Shown: positions 1 to 13,328 of the stretch, piece by piece
How positions within the stretch are numbered: position 1 is the stretch's first letter
Layout: each line of letters starts with the position of its first letter
Assembly (NCBI GenBank): GCA_032718475.1
Contig: JAUCBJ010004935.1
Span: forward strand, 1 to 64,000
Source: Nemertoderma westbladi
Lineage: Eukaryota; Animalia; Xenacoelomorpha
Reading direction: 5' to 3'
Length of the DNA: 64,000 nucleotides
Made by a program: the position numbers and the translations under genes
Notes under the pieces: generated by a model
Databases searched by the model: none
What the model was told of the DNA's origin: nothing
Seen by the model: the letters and a program-made list of their open reading frames with translations, nothing else

Positions 1-817
<817 letters not shown>

Positions 818-1100
818 CTAGGCTAGCACACAAGGACATGGCCTATCTGTAGTAGTCTAGTAGAAGGAATAGTGCTCCTTCAATACATCTCAACAGACAT
901 CAATTAATTTGCCTGTGCCTACCATAACATAACATATATGCTTGATTTCCAATCACCTCTCACCACAATTATTATTAGTAATTAAAAGTTTCAATTCGAT
1001 TTGTCTTTCCGTTATCTGGTTATTCAGTTATTGCATTATTAATAAATAAATGTTTTAAAATATATCTTACGAAATATGGTTAACAATTAAAACGTGTCGC

Positions 1101-1500
1101 TAACATTCTCGCTGTGGGGGTTTTAAGGGGTGCTGATTACATTTCTGATGTCAGTTTTCACGTTTACATACATCTAGTCTGTCTGTCTGTCGGTCATTCT
1201 GTTAGTCAGTCTGTCAAAACATAAAAAAATATTCAAATTAACTAACATTCTCGCTATGGGGGTTTTAAGGGGTGCTGATTTCATTTCTGATGTCAGTTTT
1301 CAGGTTTACATTAATCTAGTCTGTCTGGCTGTTGGTCTGTCGGTCTTTCTGTCAGTCAGTCTGTCAAAACTTAAGAAAGTATACTAACTAACCAACATTC
1401 CCGCTATGGGGGTGTTAAGGGTTGCTGATTTCATTTCTGATGTCAGTTTACACGTTTACATAAATATAGTCTGTCTGTCTGTCGGTCTTACTGTCAGTCT
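1101..1500. repeat. ~145-bp tandem repeat (about 2.7 copies) with GTCT microsatellite patches, typical of the core of non-autonomous Helitron/Helentron-like elements
   Basis: Unit AACATTCTCGCT(G/A)TGGGGGTTTTAAGGGGTGCTGATT...TCTGATGTCAGTTT recurs at ~1102, ~1244 and ~1394. Confidence 0.75.
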
Positions 1501-1750
1501 GTACTACTGTACTGTGGTTGGCATTACGCCATATACCTAACATTGATAATACAGTCTACAATAAAGCCTATCCTATCTACAGTACAAAATGGATTTTTTG
1601 CCATGAAGAGCACTAAATGTCTTTAATACTATCCACCAGTATACCTAGACCAAAAGCCTTCCAATAAAACATGTATTGCAGCATGACGTCCACTGCATGT
1701 GTTAGTGTTGTCCATGGTGACATGCACTGGACGTCATAGGCTCTAAGGGG

Positions 1751-2138
1751 TTAACCAACACGGTCCCTACTTCGCCCTGTCGACACCCCAGCCATTTTTC
1801 ACCAATCCTTTTTTAGAGTTTTTAAATTTTTTTGTTATTGGTAAAAGTTCTAGAACATTAGTAGATATGTTCTTTATGATAGCTACCGGTAGTGTTTTTT
1901 GCTAGCTAGTATTTTTAGAAATTATAAAAAATGTTAAAGTCCATGATATTTCAGGTTAAACTGTTGAAGAATATATTAATGACCAAAATAATTTCCAAAA
2001 ATTACTAGCTAGTAAAAAATACTAGCATTATACCATAAAAAATCTACTAAGGTTCTAGAATATTCACTAATATAAAAAAGCAATCAAAATCACAAAAAAA
2101 TAAAAGTTAAAAAACTCATTCGGGACCCTTTTGCTTAA
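1751..2138. mobile_element. Degenerate MITE-like inverted-repeat element
   Basis: Imperfect inverted ends (TTAACCAACACGGTCCC / GGGACCCTTTTGCTTAA) and internal inverted blocks (TTCTAGAACATTAGTAGAT / ATCTACTAAGGTTCTAGAA). Its interior resembles the interior of the MITE at 51244-52285. Confidence 0.45.
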
Positions 2139-2302
2139 GGAGTCAAAATTGTAGAAAAAATTACCGAAGTTTGCGACGTTTGCGAAATTCGCGACGTTTG
2201 CGAAATTTGCGAAGAATCCGTCAGTTTCTGTGCCCTAATGGTTTCATGACGAAACAATCAAATCTTACACACTTAACACACACGAACTAATTTAAAGTGG
2301 GT

Positions 2303-2610
2303 TCCACCTTGGTGTAGTGGTTGCATTGAATTCACATCTCCTGTAGGTCGTGGGTTCGATCCTCACATGGGCCAGGGCAGTTTTCATTTCGGCACTAATG
2401 CTTTAAAGGGACCAGCCAGGGCGCATCTCTGCCTCGCATCCTTAAGTGGTAGCTAAATGAGTACTAGAGTTTCCTCTAGGGAGTAAAGTTCTGGGGGGAC
2501 CGCACTGGAAATAAGTCGTCAGACTTTGTGCGTAATCCCTGGCCTAGTGGCCGAAGAAAATTTACTTTTTTTTTTTATTACTATGCCTGAATAATTAAAT
2601 AGAAATTAAA
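2303..2610 (+). mobile_element. tRNA-derived SINE
   Basis: A box TGGTGTAGTGG (~2310) and B box GGTTCGATCC (~2353), followed by a ~200-bp body and an AT-rich tail. No complete cloverleaf. Confidence 0.7.
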
Positions 2611-3763
2611 TTAATGAACGCTATTTCAACATGAAATCTACGGAATCAATACACAACACACGCACACTACTGAATTTAAAAATTGCAACTTATATTTTAA
2701 CTATATAACTTATTTATATAACTTATTTATTACTACCTTTTAATGGGTGACTAATTTAATTATTCACCCCTATATATTTGTAGCCTTTTTAATTTGTGCC
2801 TCTAATTGAATCAAACATTAAACTAAAATATATGTCACAATATTGGTCTGTCGGTATAGCTGGTCAATGAATACCTCATAAATTTGTTAATTAGTCGCTG
2901 TTCATTCATTGAACATTTGAACACGTGCTGCTCGAAGACCCCACAACGTGTTACTTCTACTGATAAGAGTATGAGTAGCTATAAATTAGCTATTAGAGCT
3001 ACGGTAAACATTGGGCCAGTATTCCCTCCACCTCGCGCTCGTAAGGGGTCGGTTCCATTTTACAATCAGTCAAATTTAATATTGCTCCAAGAAGAAGCAG
3101 ATAAACTAGAACATCTTGGAGTGTTAAGTAAACCGGAAGATGTAGGTGTCGATGTTCATTATGTTTCACCAAGTTTTTTGGTCAAAAAGCCCCGAGGGGG
3201 CCATCGATTTGTAACTGCCTTTAATGATATTGGCTAGTATGCTAGAATTCTGCCTAGTATGTCTACAAAATGTGATGATGTGTTGAGAAAAATTTTGTGT
3301 TGGAAATATCTCATAGTGACAGACTTAACAAAAATATTTTTTCAAATAAGGCTTGCTAAATCTGCTATCCCATTTTTAGGCACTGTAACTCCATTTCAGG
3401 GTATTCGTGTATACACAAGATGTGCTATGGGAATGCCAGGTTCCTCTGAGTGGTCACAGGAATTGATGTCAAGGGTCCTGGGTAACCTAATCCAAGATGG
3501 ATTTGTTGATAAGATTGCCGATGATTTGTTCATTGGTGGTATCACAGTTGAGCAACTGTTCAGTAATTGGGAACATGTATTGTCTCGTTTGGAGGCTAAC
3601 AATTTGAGATTATCTGCAGAGAAAACAATTATTTGTCCGAAACAAACCATAATTCTTGGTTGGTTATGGAAATCGTGTACTCTCTCAGTCAGTTCTCCTA
3701 AATTAAATCCGTTACAATCTGCATGTCCTCCAAACACATGTTCAGAACTTAAATCCTATATTG

Positions 3764-6700
3764 TCAGGTCTTTATCTATCTATCTATTATCTTAGGTCAG
3801 GTCAGGTATTCTAGGTCATTGATCAAGAAAACTTGCCACCTCCATGCAGCATAAAGGAGGTGCCACCTGTAGCTGCATAGACCCCTTTTACTAGGGCAAA
3901 TCTGGTCCTGTAACTAGGACCCCCTTCGTTCTGGGATAAGGACGCCCTTGGTCCTGGATTAAGGACCCATATACTTGGCTGCAGGGGTATATGGCCTGAC
4001 CAGGCAGATGGTGTTCTACCAATGGCTGGTCAGGAGTAGAGTGTTCTCATGTCCACTCTGAGAGCACTTCACTGCGACCTGCACCTGGCAGCAAGGGTAC
4101 AGGGCATGACCCAGCAGATGAGCTGCAACAGCCAATGGTGGGTCATGTGCGCCAGAGTAGATATGGGTGATGGGCCTCATATCTGACTCCATTGCGACAC
4201 CCACCCTGTGGAATGGCAAACCAGGGTGTGGTATTTGCCCCGAGAGCTGACTCGGCAAAAAAGCACCCCCAACCCCCACTATGGATTACATTAGCAATGC
4301 GGAGGTCCGTCCACTAGAGGCCAGTGGAATTACCGGACACAATCGGCCTCACAGGCGTCAGTTAACTCCTGACCGGCTGCCTGTCTCACCCCCTACTGGA
4401 GAGAGAGCAGTCAACAATTCTTTGAGTCCCTTTCCTGATGACCTTTCTGGCCCAAACCCTGGGTCACCAGGGAGGCCAGATTGTGATGGGGAGAGGGATT
4501 TTGGAGTTGGAGGCTACTCTCATGTTCCACCCCGACCAACAAAGCCATTGGTGAATCTGAGGCAAGTCACTAGACTAGCCTCAGTAAACACCCTAACACT
4601 CGGGTCCCCAATGCGACAAGGTGAGCTGACTGCCTTGGCAGATAAGCTTTCTCTTAGCGCAGTGGGTGTTGAAGAGCACCGAATGCAGACTGGACAGACT
4701 GATGAGGTTCTGATTAAGGACATGGGGGGCGGTTGGCGACTCGCCCTCGCGTCAGCAGATGATAGTGGCAATGATGGAATTGGTCTGTTGATGAATCCAA
4801 CTGCACATGCAGCATTGGACAAAATAGACCAAATCTCTAACCGCATCATCCGTTGCCACTTCTCATGTTCTGGAAGACTGGCTAAGAAGTTTCCTAAGGT
4901 GGTTCTGATTGTGTGCTACTCTCCAACTAGTGTTGCCCCTGTTGAGGAGGTGGAAAATTTCTACCACAATCTACAAGCAGCTACTGATGGAGTGGATCAG
5001 CATGCATTCTTAACATTCCTGGGAGACTTTAATGCAAGTCTGCATCAATCACCTACATCGGCCTGGGTCTATAGCAATAGTGTTAACCGAAATTCTGTCC
5101 ATCTTCAGGATTTTATCTCTGGAAATGGATTGTTTTCGGCTGGAACCCAGTTCAAGAAGCGAACTGGAAAGCTATGGACTCATAGTGGACCCAGTGGTCA
5201 CAAGTCCCAGATAGACAATATTCTGTTTCGTAGGAAATACAGGAGCTCTATACAAGACTGTAATGCATTTACACTTCGACCCTTCTCCAGTGATCACCGC
5301 CTTATTGTGGCCAAGGTAAGACTTAGTCTGCGGGCTAGCAGAACAACGAAAAATGCCTTGCCGCGGCATGACTGGTCCTCTCTGTTGCAACAGCCAAGTG
5401 TGAGATCCAGCTTCACACTACAGCTGAGCAACAGGTATGAGGCTCTTGCCTCAGAGGCGGCAGATCACTGTGAGGGCTATACTGCCTTTACAGAAGCAGT
5501 TAAGTTAGCAGCTGCAGAAACAGTTCCTGTATACCCTCGAAACAGGAAAAGGGCCCCCTGGACTGACAACAAAATTCAAAAGTGCCGAAATGACCTTCAT
5601 AAGGCGCAGAAAGAGTCCCGACTCAAACAGACTACAGCGGCCAAGAATGCAGTTAAGGCTGCATCTAGGTCCCTGAACAGGCAGTACTCTGTTAATCTAC
5701 AGGAGCTAATAAACCAACAGGTTGATGCCATCAATGATGCTGACGACAGCAGGCAATCATCCCAGGCATGGAAATCGATCAATCTGCTTACTGGGCGGAA
5801 AAGCCAACCAACCACCAAGGTTAAGGCTGAATCACCAGCCGATCGCCTCAATGGTTGGAAAGCCCACTTTGAAAAGCTCCTCAATAATGACAGGGTATTG
5901 CCTGATAACTTTATAGAAGTAAAGGTGTCTGAGTCTGTACTCCCAGATATTCCCATTGGCGATATCTCCTTTGCAGAAGTGAAGGCTGCTGCAAAGAGCA
6001 TTAAGACCAATCGTGCCAGTGGAGTAGATGGTGTTCCCCCTGAGGTCTTTAAAATACCTGAGTGTTTAAAGCTCATCTATCCCATCATAGTAGACATGTA
6101 CCGTACAACAAGAGTCCCACAAGAAATGAAAACAAATAAGTTGGTGCCAGTTCCCAAGAAGGGCAACCTAACACTCTATGGTTCTTTTCGGGGAATCTCA
6201 TTGATCTCGATTGCTGCAAACCTATACAATAGGATTCTATGAAATCGCATCAGGGATCCCATTGAGAGACTGCTCCGTGGAAATCAGAATGGGTTCCGTA
6301 AAGGTCGTGGGACCATGGAGCCCATTTTGGCACTTAGAAGGATAATTGAAGAATTATCAAAAAAGAAAGACAGGCATCTGGCTGTTATCTTTGTTGACTT
6401 CTTCAAGGCCTTTGATTCAGTCTCTCGCTCACGTATGTTCAGCATACTTTCATTATATGGGATTCCTGATGAAATTATTGCAGCAATCAGATCAGTATAC
6501 GATGGTTCGACAACATTTGTGTCTACTGTTGACGGTGACACAGAACCATTTGAAGTGTTATGGGGCGTCCTCCAAGGAGACACACTTGCACCATTCTTGT
6601 TCATTATTGTGGTTGACTATGTTCTACGCATGTCCTTAGATCATCATAATGATGATGGGGTGATGATAACTCCACCTACTGGCTCCAGAAGTCGAGGAAA

Positions 6701-7547
6701 TCCTGTCAAGTACCTAACTGATCTAGACTTTGCTGATGACTTAGGAGTACTCTCAGAATCATTAGAGGGAGCCCAACGGCTCCTCAGCTCATTAGAACAT
6801 GCTGCTTCTAGTGTTGGTCTTTTTATTAACTCCAGAAAGACCAAAATCCTGACAGTTAACTTTGAAAGTCCTCAGCAAGTCTCTGATCGGATGAGCATAA
6901 GCTCAAAGGATGGTATGCTTGAGCATGTGGACGACTTCTGTTACCTGGGATCATGGATCCGGAAGTCAGGTGAGGACCTTCGAATACGTAAGGGAAAGGC
7001 ATGGGCAGCCTTGAATAGGCTTTCCAGGATTTGGAAGTCACCGAGAATTAATCGGAAACTTAAGGTCCGATTATTTAGAGCAGCAGTAGTTCCAGTACTG
7101 CTCTATGGGAGTCCATGCTGGGCTCTAACTGCTGAGTACACCAAAGCTCTGGATGGCACATTCACAAGAATGCTACGCCGGGTTCATTGTGTCAAGTACA
7201 ATGCACACATCTCCAACCAGACACTATATAACATTGGAGGTGTCTCATTGGTTCCCCCAAGCTTGACACTAGAACAAAATCGCCTCCGCTTTGCAGGACA
7301 TTGCTTTCGCCGTGAGGACCAGCCAGTGCATAATCTTGTACTTTGGCAGCCTCATGGAGTGAATAAGCATGGTGGACAGCCCATGACTTTCTTGAGACGC
7401 ATCTTAAAGGACACTGGTCTTAAAGATGCGGATGATCTAGCAAATGTCATGGGTGATAGGGAGTTGTGGCGGTGCAATTTTGTTGACAAGCCGGCACAGC
7501 ATTCTTAAAAATGCAGCTGCAATGCAGCATGCCGATCCTAGTAGTAG
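3764..7547 (+). mobile_element. Apparently full-length RTE-clade non-LTR retrotransposon
   Basis: ~520-bp 5' UTR, a single APE-RT frame and a (TAG)3 tail. Flanked by a 70-bp direct repeat of Gypsy sequence (3694-3763 and 7548-7617, one mismatch). Confidence 0.95.
4281..7508 (+). pseudogene. RTE LINE ORF (apurinic endonuclease plus reverse transcriptase) with one in-frame stop
   Basis: APE motifs (CYSPT, LGDFNA, QIDNIL, SDHR) and RT motifs (QNGFR, FVDFFKAFDS, GVLQGDTLAP, FADD, YLGS). ORFs 4281-6242 and 6315-7508 share a frame. The TGA at 6240-6242 is TTA in the sister copy (52981-52983). Confidence 0.93.
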
Positions 7548-10500
7548 TCTCCTAAATTAAATCCGTTACTATCTGCATGTCCTCCAAACACATGTTCAGA
7601 ACTTAAATCCTATATTGGATCCTATAAAGATATATCACGTTGCATCTCTGGTTATACTTCTTTATTATCTCCTCTTGAAGATATGATAAAGGGTTTACAA
7701 GGTCCTGATAAAATTACATGGACACCTGAAATCTTAGGTTACTTCAATAAGAGCAAAGATGCTTTACGCTCTCCGAATGTAATCACGATTCCATCACCGA
7801 ATGATCAATTAATTATCACAGTTGATGCGTCACCAATGAACAATGGTCTTGGATCTACTCTGTATATTGCTCGTGATGGGAAACGCTTACTTGGAAGATT
7901 CTACAGTTTTAAATTAAAATAACACCAAAGAAACTGGTTGCCATGGAGGCTGGAAGGTCTAGCTATTTCAGCAGCAGTAAAACATTTTTCACCCTACATC
8001 AGAGAAGCAAGCAAATCTACTCAAATTTTATCTGACAATAAGACATGTGTTTTAGCGTATAAAAATATATGTCTTGGAAGATTTTCAGCATCAGCACGTA
8101 TTTCAACTTTCCACTCGACTTTAAGTTCACATAATGTGACAGTGTCACACATCAAAGGGTCAGATAATACGTCCAGTGACTATCTTTCTCGACACCCTCA
8201 GGAATGTTTTGATTTGAACTGTCAAATATGCAAATTCAATGAAGAGCTTGCAGCATCTGTTGTACACTCAATGACTGTAGAAGATGTATTGTCTGGTCAT
8301 GGTCGTATGCCTTTTCTGAATATTCCAAGGTGGAAATCTGCTCAACATGATTGTGAGACACTCCGACGTGCATATGCACATCTCACTCAAGGAACCAGGC
8401 CCTCTAAAAAGTGTAAGAATTCTAGGGACTTACATCATTACATTTGTGTTTCCGCAATTTCTGGTGGATTACTTGTAGTACGCAAATCAGATCCATTCCT
8501 TACTACTCGTGACCTTGTAATAGTACCGGATTCAATACTGCCTGGAGTTGTCACAGCTTTACATTTACATTTCCACACTGCACCTGCAACTTACAAGAGT
8601 TTTCAACCAATATTTTTGGGCTATACACTCCGAGTCCTCTATTGACATGGTTTCCAAGAATTGTTTTCAATGTAACTCATTAAAGAAAATACCTAAAGAA
8701 ATGTTTGAGCAGACATCAATGATATTGGCATCATCACCTGGTGAAATGTTTGCTGCTGATGTAATGTGCAGAGAAAAGCAGAACATATTTGTATTAAGAG
8801 ACTACTACTCTTCTTATACTTCCTCATCAATAATTCCTGACGAAACATCAGATTCATTACGTGAAGCACTCCTATTAAACACCATTCCAATACGTAATGT
8901 ATCATCCACAACTCGAGTCGATTGTGCACCTGGATTTAATCTAAAGAATGATTCTTCATTGAAATCATTTGGTATAGTGTTGGATTTTGGTCGTATTAAA
9001 AATCCAAACAAGAACCCGGTAGGCGAAAAATCTATACAGGAGTTAGAAAAGGAACTACTTCGTCTCGATCCTAGAGGTGGTCCAGTAACAAAGCTATCAC
9101 TAGCTCTAGCAACTGATCATTTGAACTCACGTATCTGTTATCGTAATCTTTCAGCTAAAGAAATTCTCTTTCAGCGAGACCAGAATACAGGAGAGCAATT
9201 GTCTTTCTTAATTCTTTGGAATTGGCTAAATTACAAGCAGAGGCAAAGATGTACAATCACCAAGCTAGTGCCAAGTCTAAGGCAAATAGAGCACCTTTAG
9301 CTAAGGAGGAAAATGAAAGGAGGATGTTGTGGCGGTTTAGTTTACATTAAATCCAAGGGGACAAGTTCCATACTAGAGACAAGTATATTATTACTAATAT
9401 CATTAAAGATAATGCATTCATCAAGAAGTTGAATAATTCTAGATTCGCATCAAAAGAATATCAAGTCCCATTGTGTACTATATTTCCAATAATCTCAGGC
9501 CAAAACGAAACCAAGAAACACCCTATAAACTATGATTTGGACATCCATACTGATAGCAGCTCCGGTGAATCTGAAATTTTTATCCGAAATCTTAAAAATG
9601 AACTAATGGTGGAGAAAGAAGGTGACACTGAATGAGAGGATAACAAAGTAGCCACGGCAGATAGTGATAATAGGTCCAGTGACACTGATACTAAATATCA
9701 GGGTAGACCAAAACGCAAGCGCCAACCGCCAGCTTGGCTTCAGTCGGGTGACTGGGTTACTTGAATAATGAATAATAATGATCTTACCAAGTGACTGACT
9801 ATTGGATATCATTGGTGATGGGATATAATAACGTGTTTGATTTGCCCTAGTTTATAAGTCTAAAGGAAATAGACATTGCGCCAATACCTATCATATGATC
9901 ATATGTTATATTTAAATTATTTTTCAATTTATATATTTTCTATATATTAAGACATTTTCATATATTCAAAATGTGCAATGTTTTCGATTAATAAACTCAG
10001 AGTATCATCTCACAATTGCAATTCAGTGAGAACAATTTTGTCTAGGATAGCTATTAAAGACTTGTGTGATAAATCTGACATGATATTTTTGCAGGAGCAT
10101 CTTCTGCCTCAGCAGGAGCTTAGCTACCTATCATCGATAGATAAGCGATTTATTCCTTACAGTAAATCGCCTGTCGATATATCTTCCAAGATTTTAGTGG
10201 GTCGGCCGAATTGCGGTCTAGCTGCTCTGGTTCGCCAAGACATATTACAATACGTACATTATGATAAATCGGTTGATGATGATAGAATATTAGTGTTAAA
10301 TGTCAATCGAAGTGATGGTTCTAATTTATTGCTGCTTAGTGTTTATTTACCATATTTTTGTCCTGAAAACCACGATTTATTTATAGAATATTTAGGGAAA
10401 CTCGAAGCCCTTATTGATGCGTCGGGAACTAATAAAGTTTGTATAATTGGAGATTTCAATGCAGATCTACCAAAACCATTTTACACTGAACTCAGTGATT

Positions 10501-11236
10501 GGTGTGAGGCAAATGATTTACATATATCGGATGTAAAAAGATTGCCTCCAAACACGTTTACATTTGTAAGTGCTGCCCACAGCAGTAAATCGTGGTTAGA
10601 TCATATAGTATGTACCTCATCTGTTGAAACTGTTGCTGTGTTATACGATTTAGTACAGGACGATCACATGCCATTATTTGTTGAGTTGGGCGTTTCACTT
10701 AGTGATGATTCAGGATCAAATTCGTGTCAGGCTCCAGTTGTTGGGCAACCAAACTGGAACCGGGCAAAACCATCCGACATCGCTGCATACTGCGCTGAGT
10801 TAGACAATCACTTGAAGAACATAGGTATACCTAGTGCTTTGAATTGTACTGATTGTAAATGCACGGATCATAGAGACTGCTTAGATACTTTTTGGTCCTC
10901 TATCACTGGCGTTTTTGCAGCAGCTGCTGATAAGGCCATACCCAGTGGTAGATCAGCCAATAATGATAAAGAGTTCAATGTGCCTGGATGGAACGACTCC
11001 GTTAAGGAGAAATATCAATTGTCACGCTCTGCTTTTTTGCTTGGCGCGACGCCGGCTCGTCCAAGCAGGGAGAGATACATAGGAAATATTTGGCAGCGCG
11101 TGCTGTTTTTAAGCGAGCTTTTCGTATTTGTAAACGTTCAGAAGCAAAATACAAGGCTGACAAACTAGCCAATTCGGTGCTACATAAAGATTTCAAAACT
11201 TTTTGTAATGATTTTAAGAAATCCAGTAAAACTTCA

Positions 11237-11843
11237 TGTAAGCGGATTCAATTCCGCCGCATTACCCTCATAAAATGGGAAGTGGCACCTTTTCAGCAAT
11301 ATGTTGGAGATACGAGATTGGCAATAACCAATCTCGTATCACAACCAACACCGGAGACAACAAGAACCCCAAAGCCACACAAGGGGAGGTTAGAGGTCAA
11401 ACCACCTCAGAAGGGGAAACAGCCAGCAGGGGCCAACAGGGGGGGAAACACTCCCAGAGAGTGAGAGGCGTAAAGTAGGTTATTAGCCAATGGGGGGCAA
11501 AGGAGAGCATCCACTAAGTAAGAGGCCACAGTAATGTAGAGGTAATCATACATATATATTATCCCGTTACCGGTCTGATTATTCAGTTTCCCAGTCATTA
11601 GTTTGAGTGCAGACCAGTGACATCTTTCACCATCACCAAACGTCACCGTTGTCATTATCTACTTGCTACAGTACTTTATTCACCATTACCGGTTACTCAA
11701 TTTTATTATATCAGACCGTCGGACAACAACACCAACTCAATCCAATTTTCCCTAACGGCCTCTTCTAAACAACTAGTAACATCCCAGCCTGCGGTGACGC
11801 GTACGAACAATCAACCCGGTCAGGATCCCTTGATCCCGTCACA
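11237..11843 (+). repeat. 5' LTR (607 bp) of the gag-protease element
   Basis: Direct repeat of 37960-38565; TGTAAGC...GTCACA. Confidence 0.95.
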
Positions 11844-11907
11844 GTGGAACAATTTAACCAACTGCCATAATTGTGACTGCTAGAAGAAAGAGAGAGATAA
11901 AGTAAAG

Positions 11908-12871
11908 ATGAGCAAAGGGGAGCCCCGAGATTCAGAGGGACAGAGGATGCCGCCGCGGACCCCAGACAATAGCAACCAAACTATCCGCGAGGCCGCGACG
12001 AGACGGTATCGGCCAGCGACGCCGGATTCGTCGACGAGGGACGATATGGTAGCCCAAGCAGAGGGCAGTCGTCTACCACGAGGAAGGGACGAGTCGATGC
12101 ACGACGGCGGTCGGAGTACCGAAGTCGCCGGCCAGCCACAGGCCGAGGGCGATGGATGGCCCACCGGAACGGCGACGGTGGGTCCGCCGGTACGACGCCG
12201 AACCAGGAGAGGAGGAGGAGATGTCGGCGAAGAGGACGTCGGGACCAGCGATCGGCTTCGACGGGCCTACAATGCCACTAAGAAACTGTCGAAGGAGACC
12301 AAAGAAGGAGAGAAGGTAAATCAGGGAAAGTTGAGCCAGCGGCTAGGCGAGTCAAATAAACACTTTTGGTATCTAGTTCGTTTTGGGCAGGGAGAACTGG
12401 CGAGTGAGAGAGCGAGGGGGGTCGCCAACGAACTATTCTAACAGTGGCAATCCGGGATTATGGAGCCTGAAGTAGTGTACGTAGGGCCGTATTTAGTGGA
12501 TGCCAGGGGAATTAGGTTAGTCGGTTGGGCGGACCCACACGAGGGCAAACCCAAGGTTAACGCCGAGGATTCGGTCTCGTCGGTTAGCAAAAACCCCGGA
12601 AAGCGGGGGAAAGTTAGTAGGACCGATAAGTCCGCTACATCCTCCGCGAAAGCAAGAAGGGTGTTAGAGATAGATCTGGCGTGTCAATTAGATATTGTGG
12701 CGCTAGACCAGAAAGAATTAGAGAGGCAGTTGGATGAGGGAACTGTGTTATTAGAGAAAGAGAGAGAGAGTTAGCGAGAGAGAGAATAAAGAGAGGGCTG
12801 AGAGGGTGGCGAGAAACTGTAGAGAGCGGGAGGCGAGAGAGGCAGAGTTGGCCAACCAAAGTTTGCAAGAG

Positions 12872-12902
<31 letters not shown>

Positions 12903-13062
12903 CGGGAAAGCGCATGCGGGATGATATGCATGCCCGGTTGAAAGGACTTATGCAATATCATGCCAAGCAAAAGCACCGACTAGAACTGGTGCAGTTGGGA
13001 CTATCAGAGAGTGAGGCTGGCTCGGGTAGTATTTATGAGGAGCCAGAAGTTATGGAAACTTT
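11908..13062 (+). pseudogene. Fragmented N-terminal gag-like coding region with an Arg/Glu-rich coiled coil
   Basis: Consecutive + strand ORFs 11908-12441, 12460-12774 and 12806-13105 just inside the 5' LTR. Confidence 0.55.
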
Positions 13063-13242
13063 TGTTAATACCCCACTTGCAGGCACCGGTTCTGATGTTC
13101 GGTAATATGTATAAATATAGAATTATATCCTCATAAAAGCCGTGGATTTTCAAAATTTTATTTTGTTGGAATAAACTTGTTATAAAGATTACATTAAGTC
13201 CTCATTTGCATTTACTATAGCTATTTGTATAACATTGTTTAA

Positions 13243-13328
13243 GTGGTTCAGTAGCTCAGTCGGTTATGCGCTAGAAAATTGTTCAGTAGGTATCGAGTTC
13301 GAATCCTAGCAAGTGCGAATTATTTTTT
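13243..13328 (+). promoter_or_regulatory. tRNA-like Pol III A/B-box cassette in the LTR (second copy at 30871-30956)
   Basis: A box TAGCTCAGTCGG (13252-13263), B box GAGTTCGAATCC (13295-13306) and T6 at 13323-13328. No acceptor stem. Confidence 0.65.

Larger units (their letters stand above)
2990..9635 (+). mobile_element. Degraded Ty3/Gypsy pol (RT-RNase H-integrase), interrupted by an RTE LINE; no LTR pair found
   Basis: RT motifs (SPSFLVKK, DLTKIFFQI, AMGMPGS, IADD) lie in 2884-3795. RNase H (ITVDAS, SDYLSR) is in 7683-8645 and the integrase core (FAAD, RVDCAPG, GEKSIQELE) in 8548-9300. Several stops and frameshifts. Confidence 0.9.

Noticed and set aside
3810-4150. Canonical HDV-like or hammerhead ribozyme in the RTE 5' UTR
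   Set aside because: Could not assemble the HDV P1-P4 topology. CAGATGA-stem-CAAT only mimics the hammerhead CUGANGA/GAAA core.
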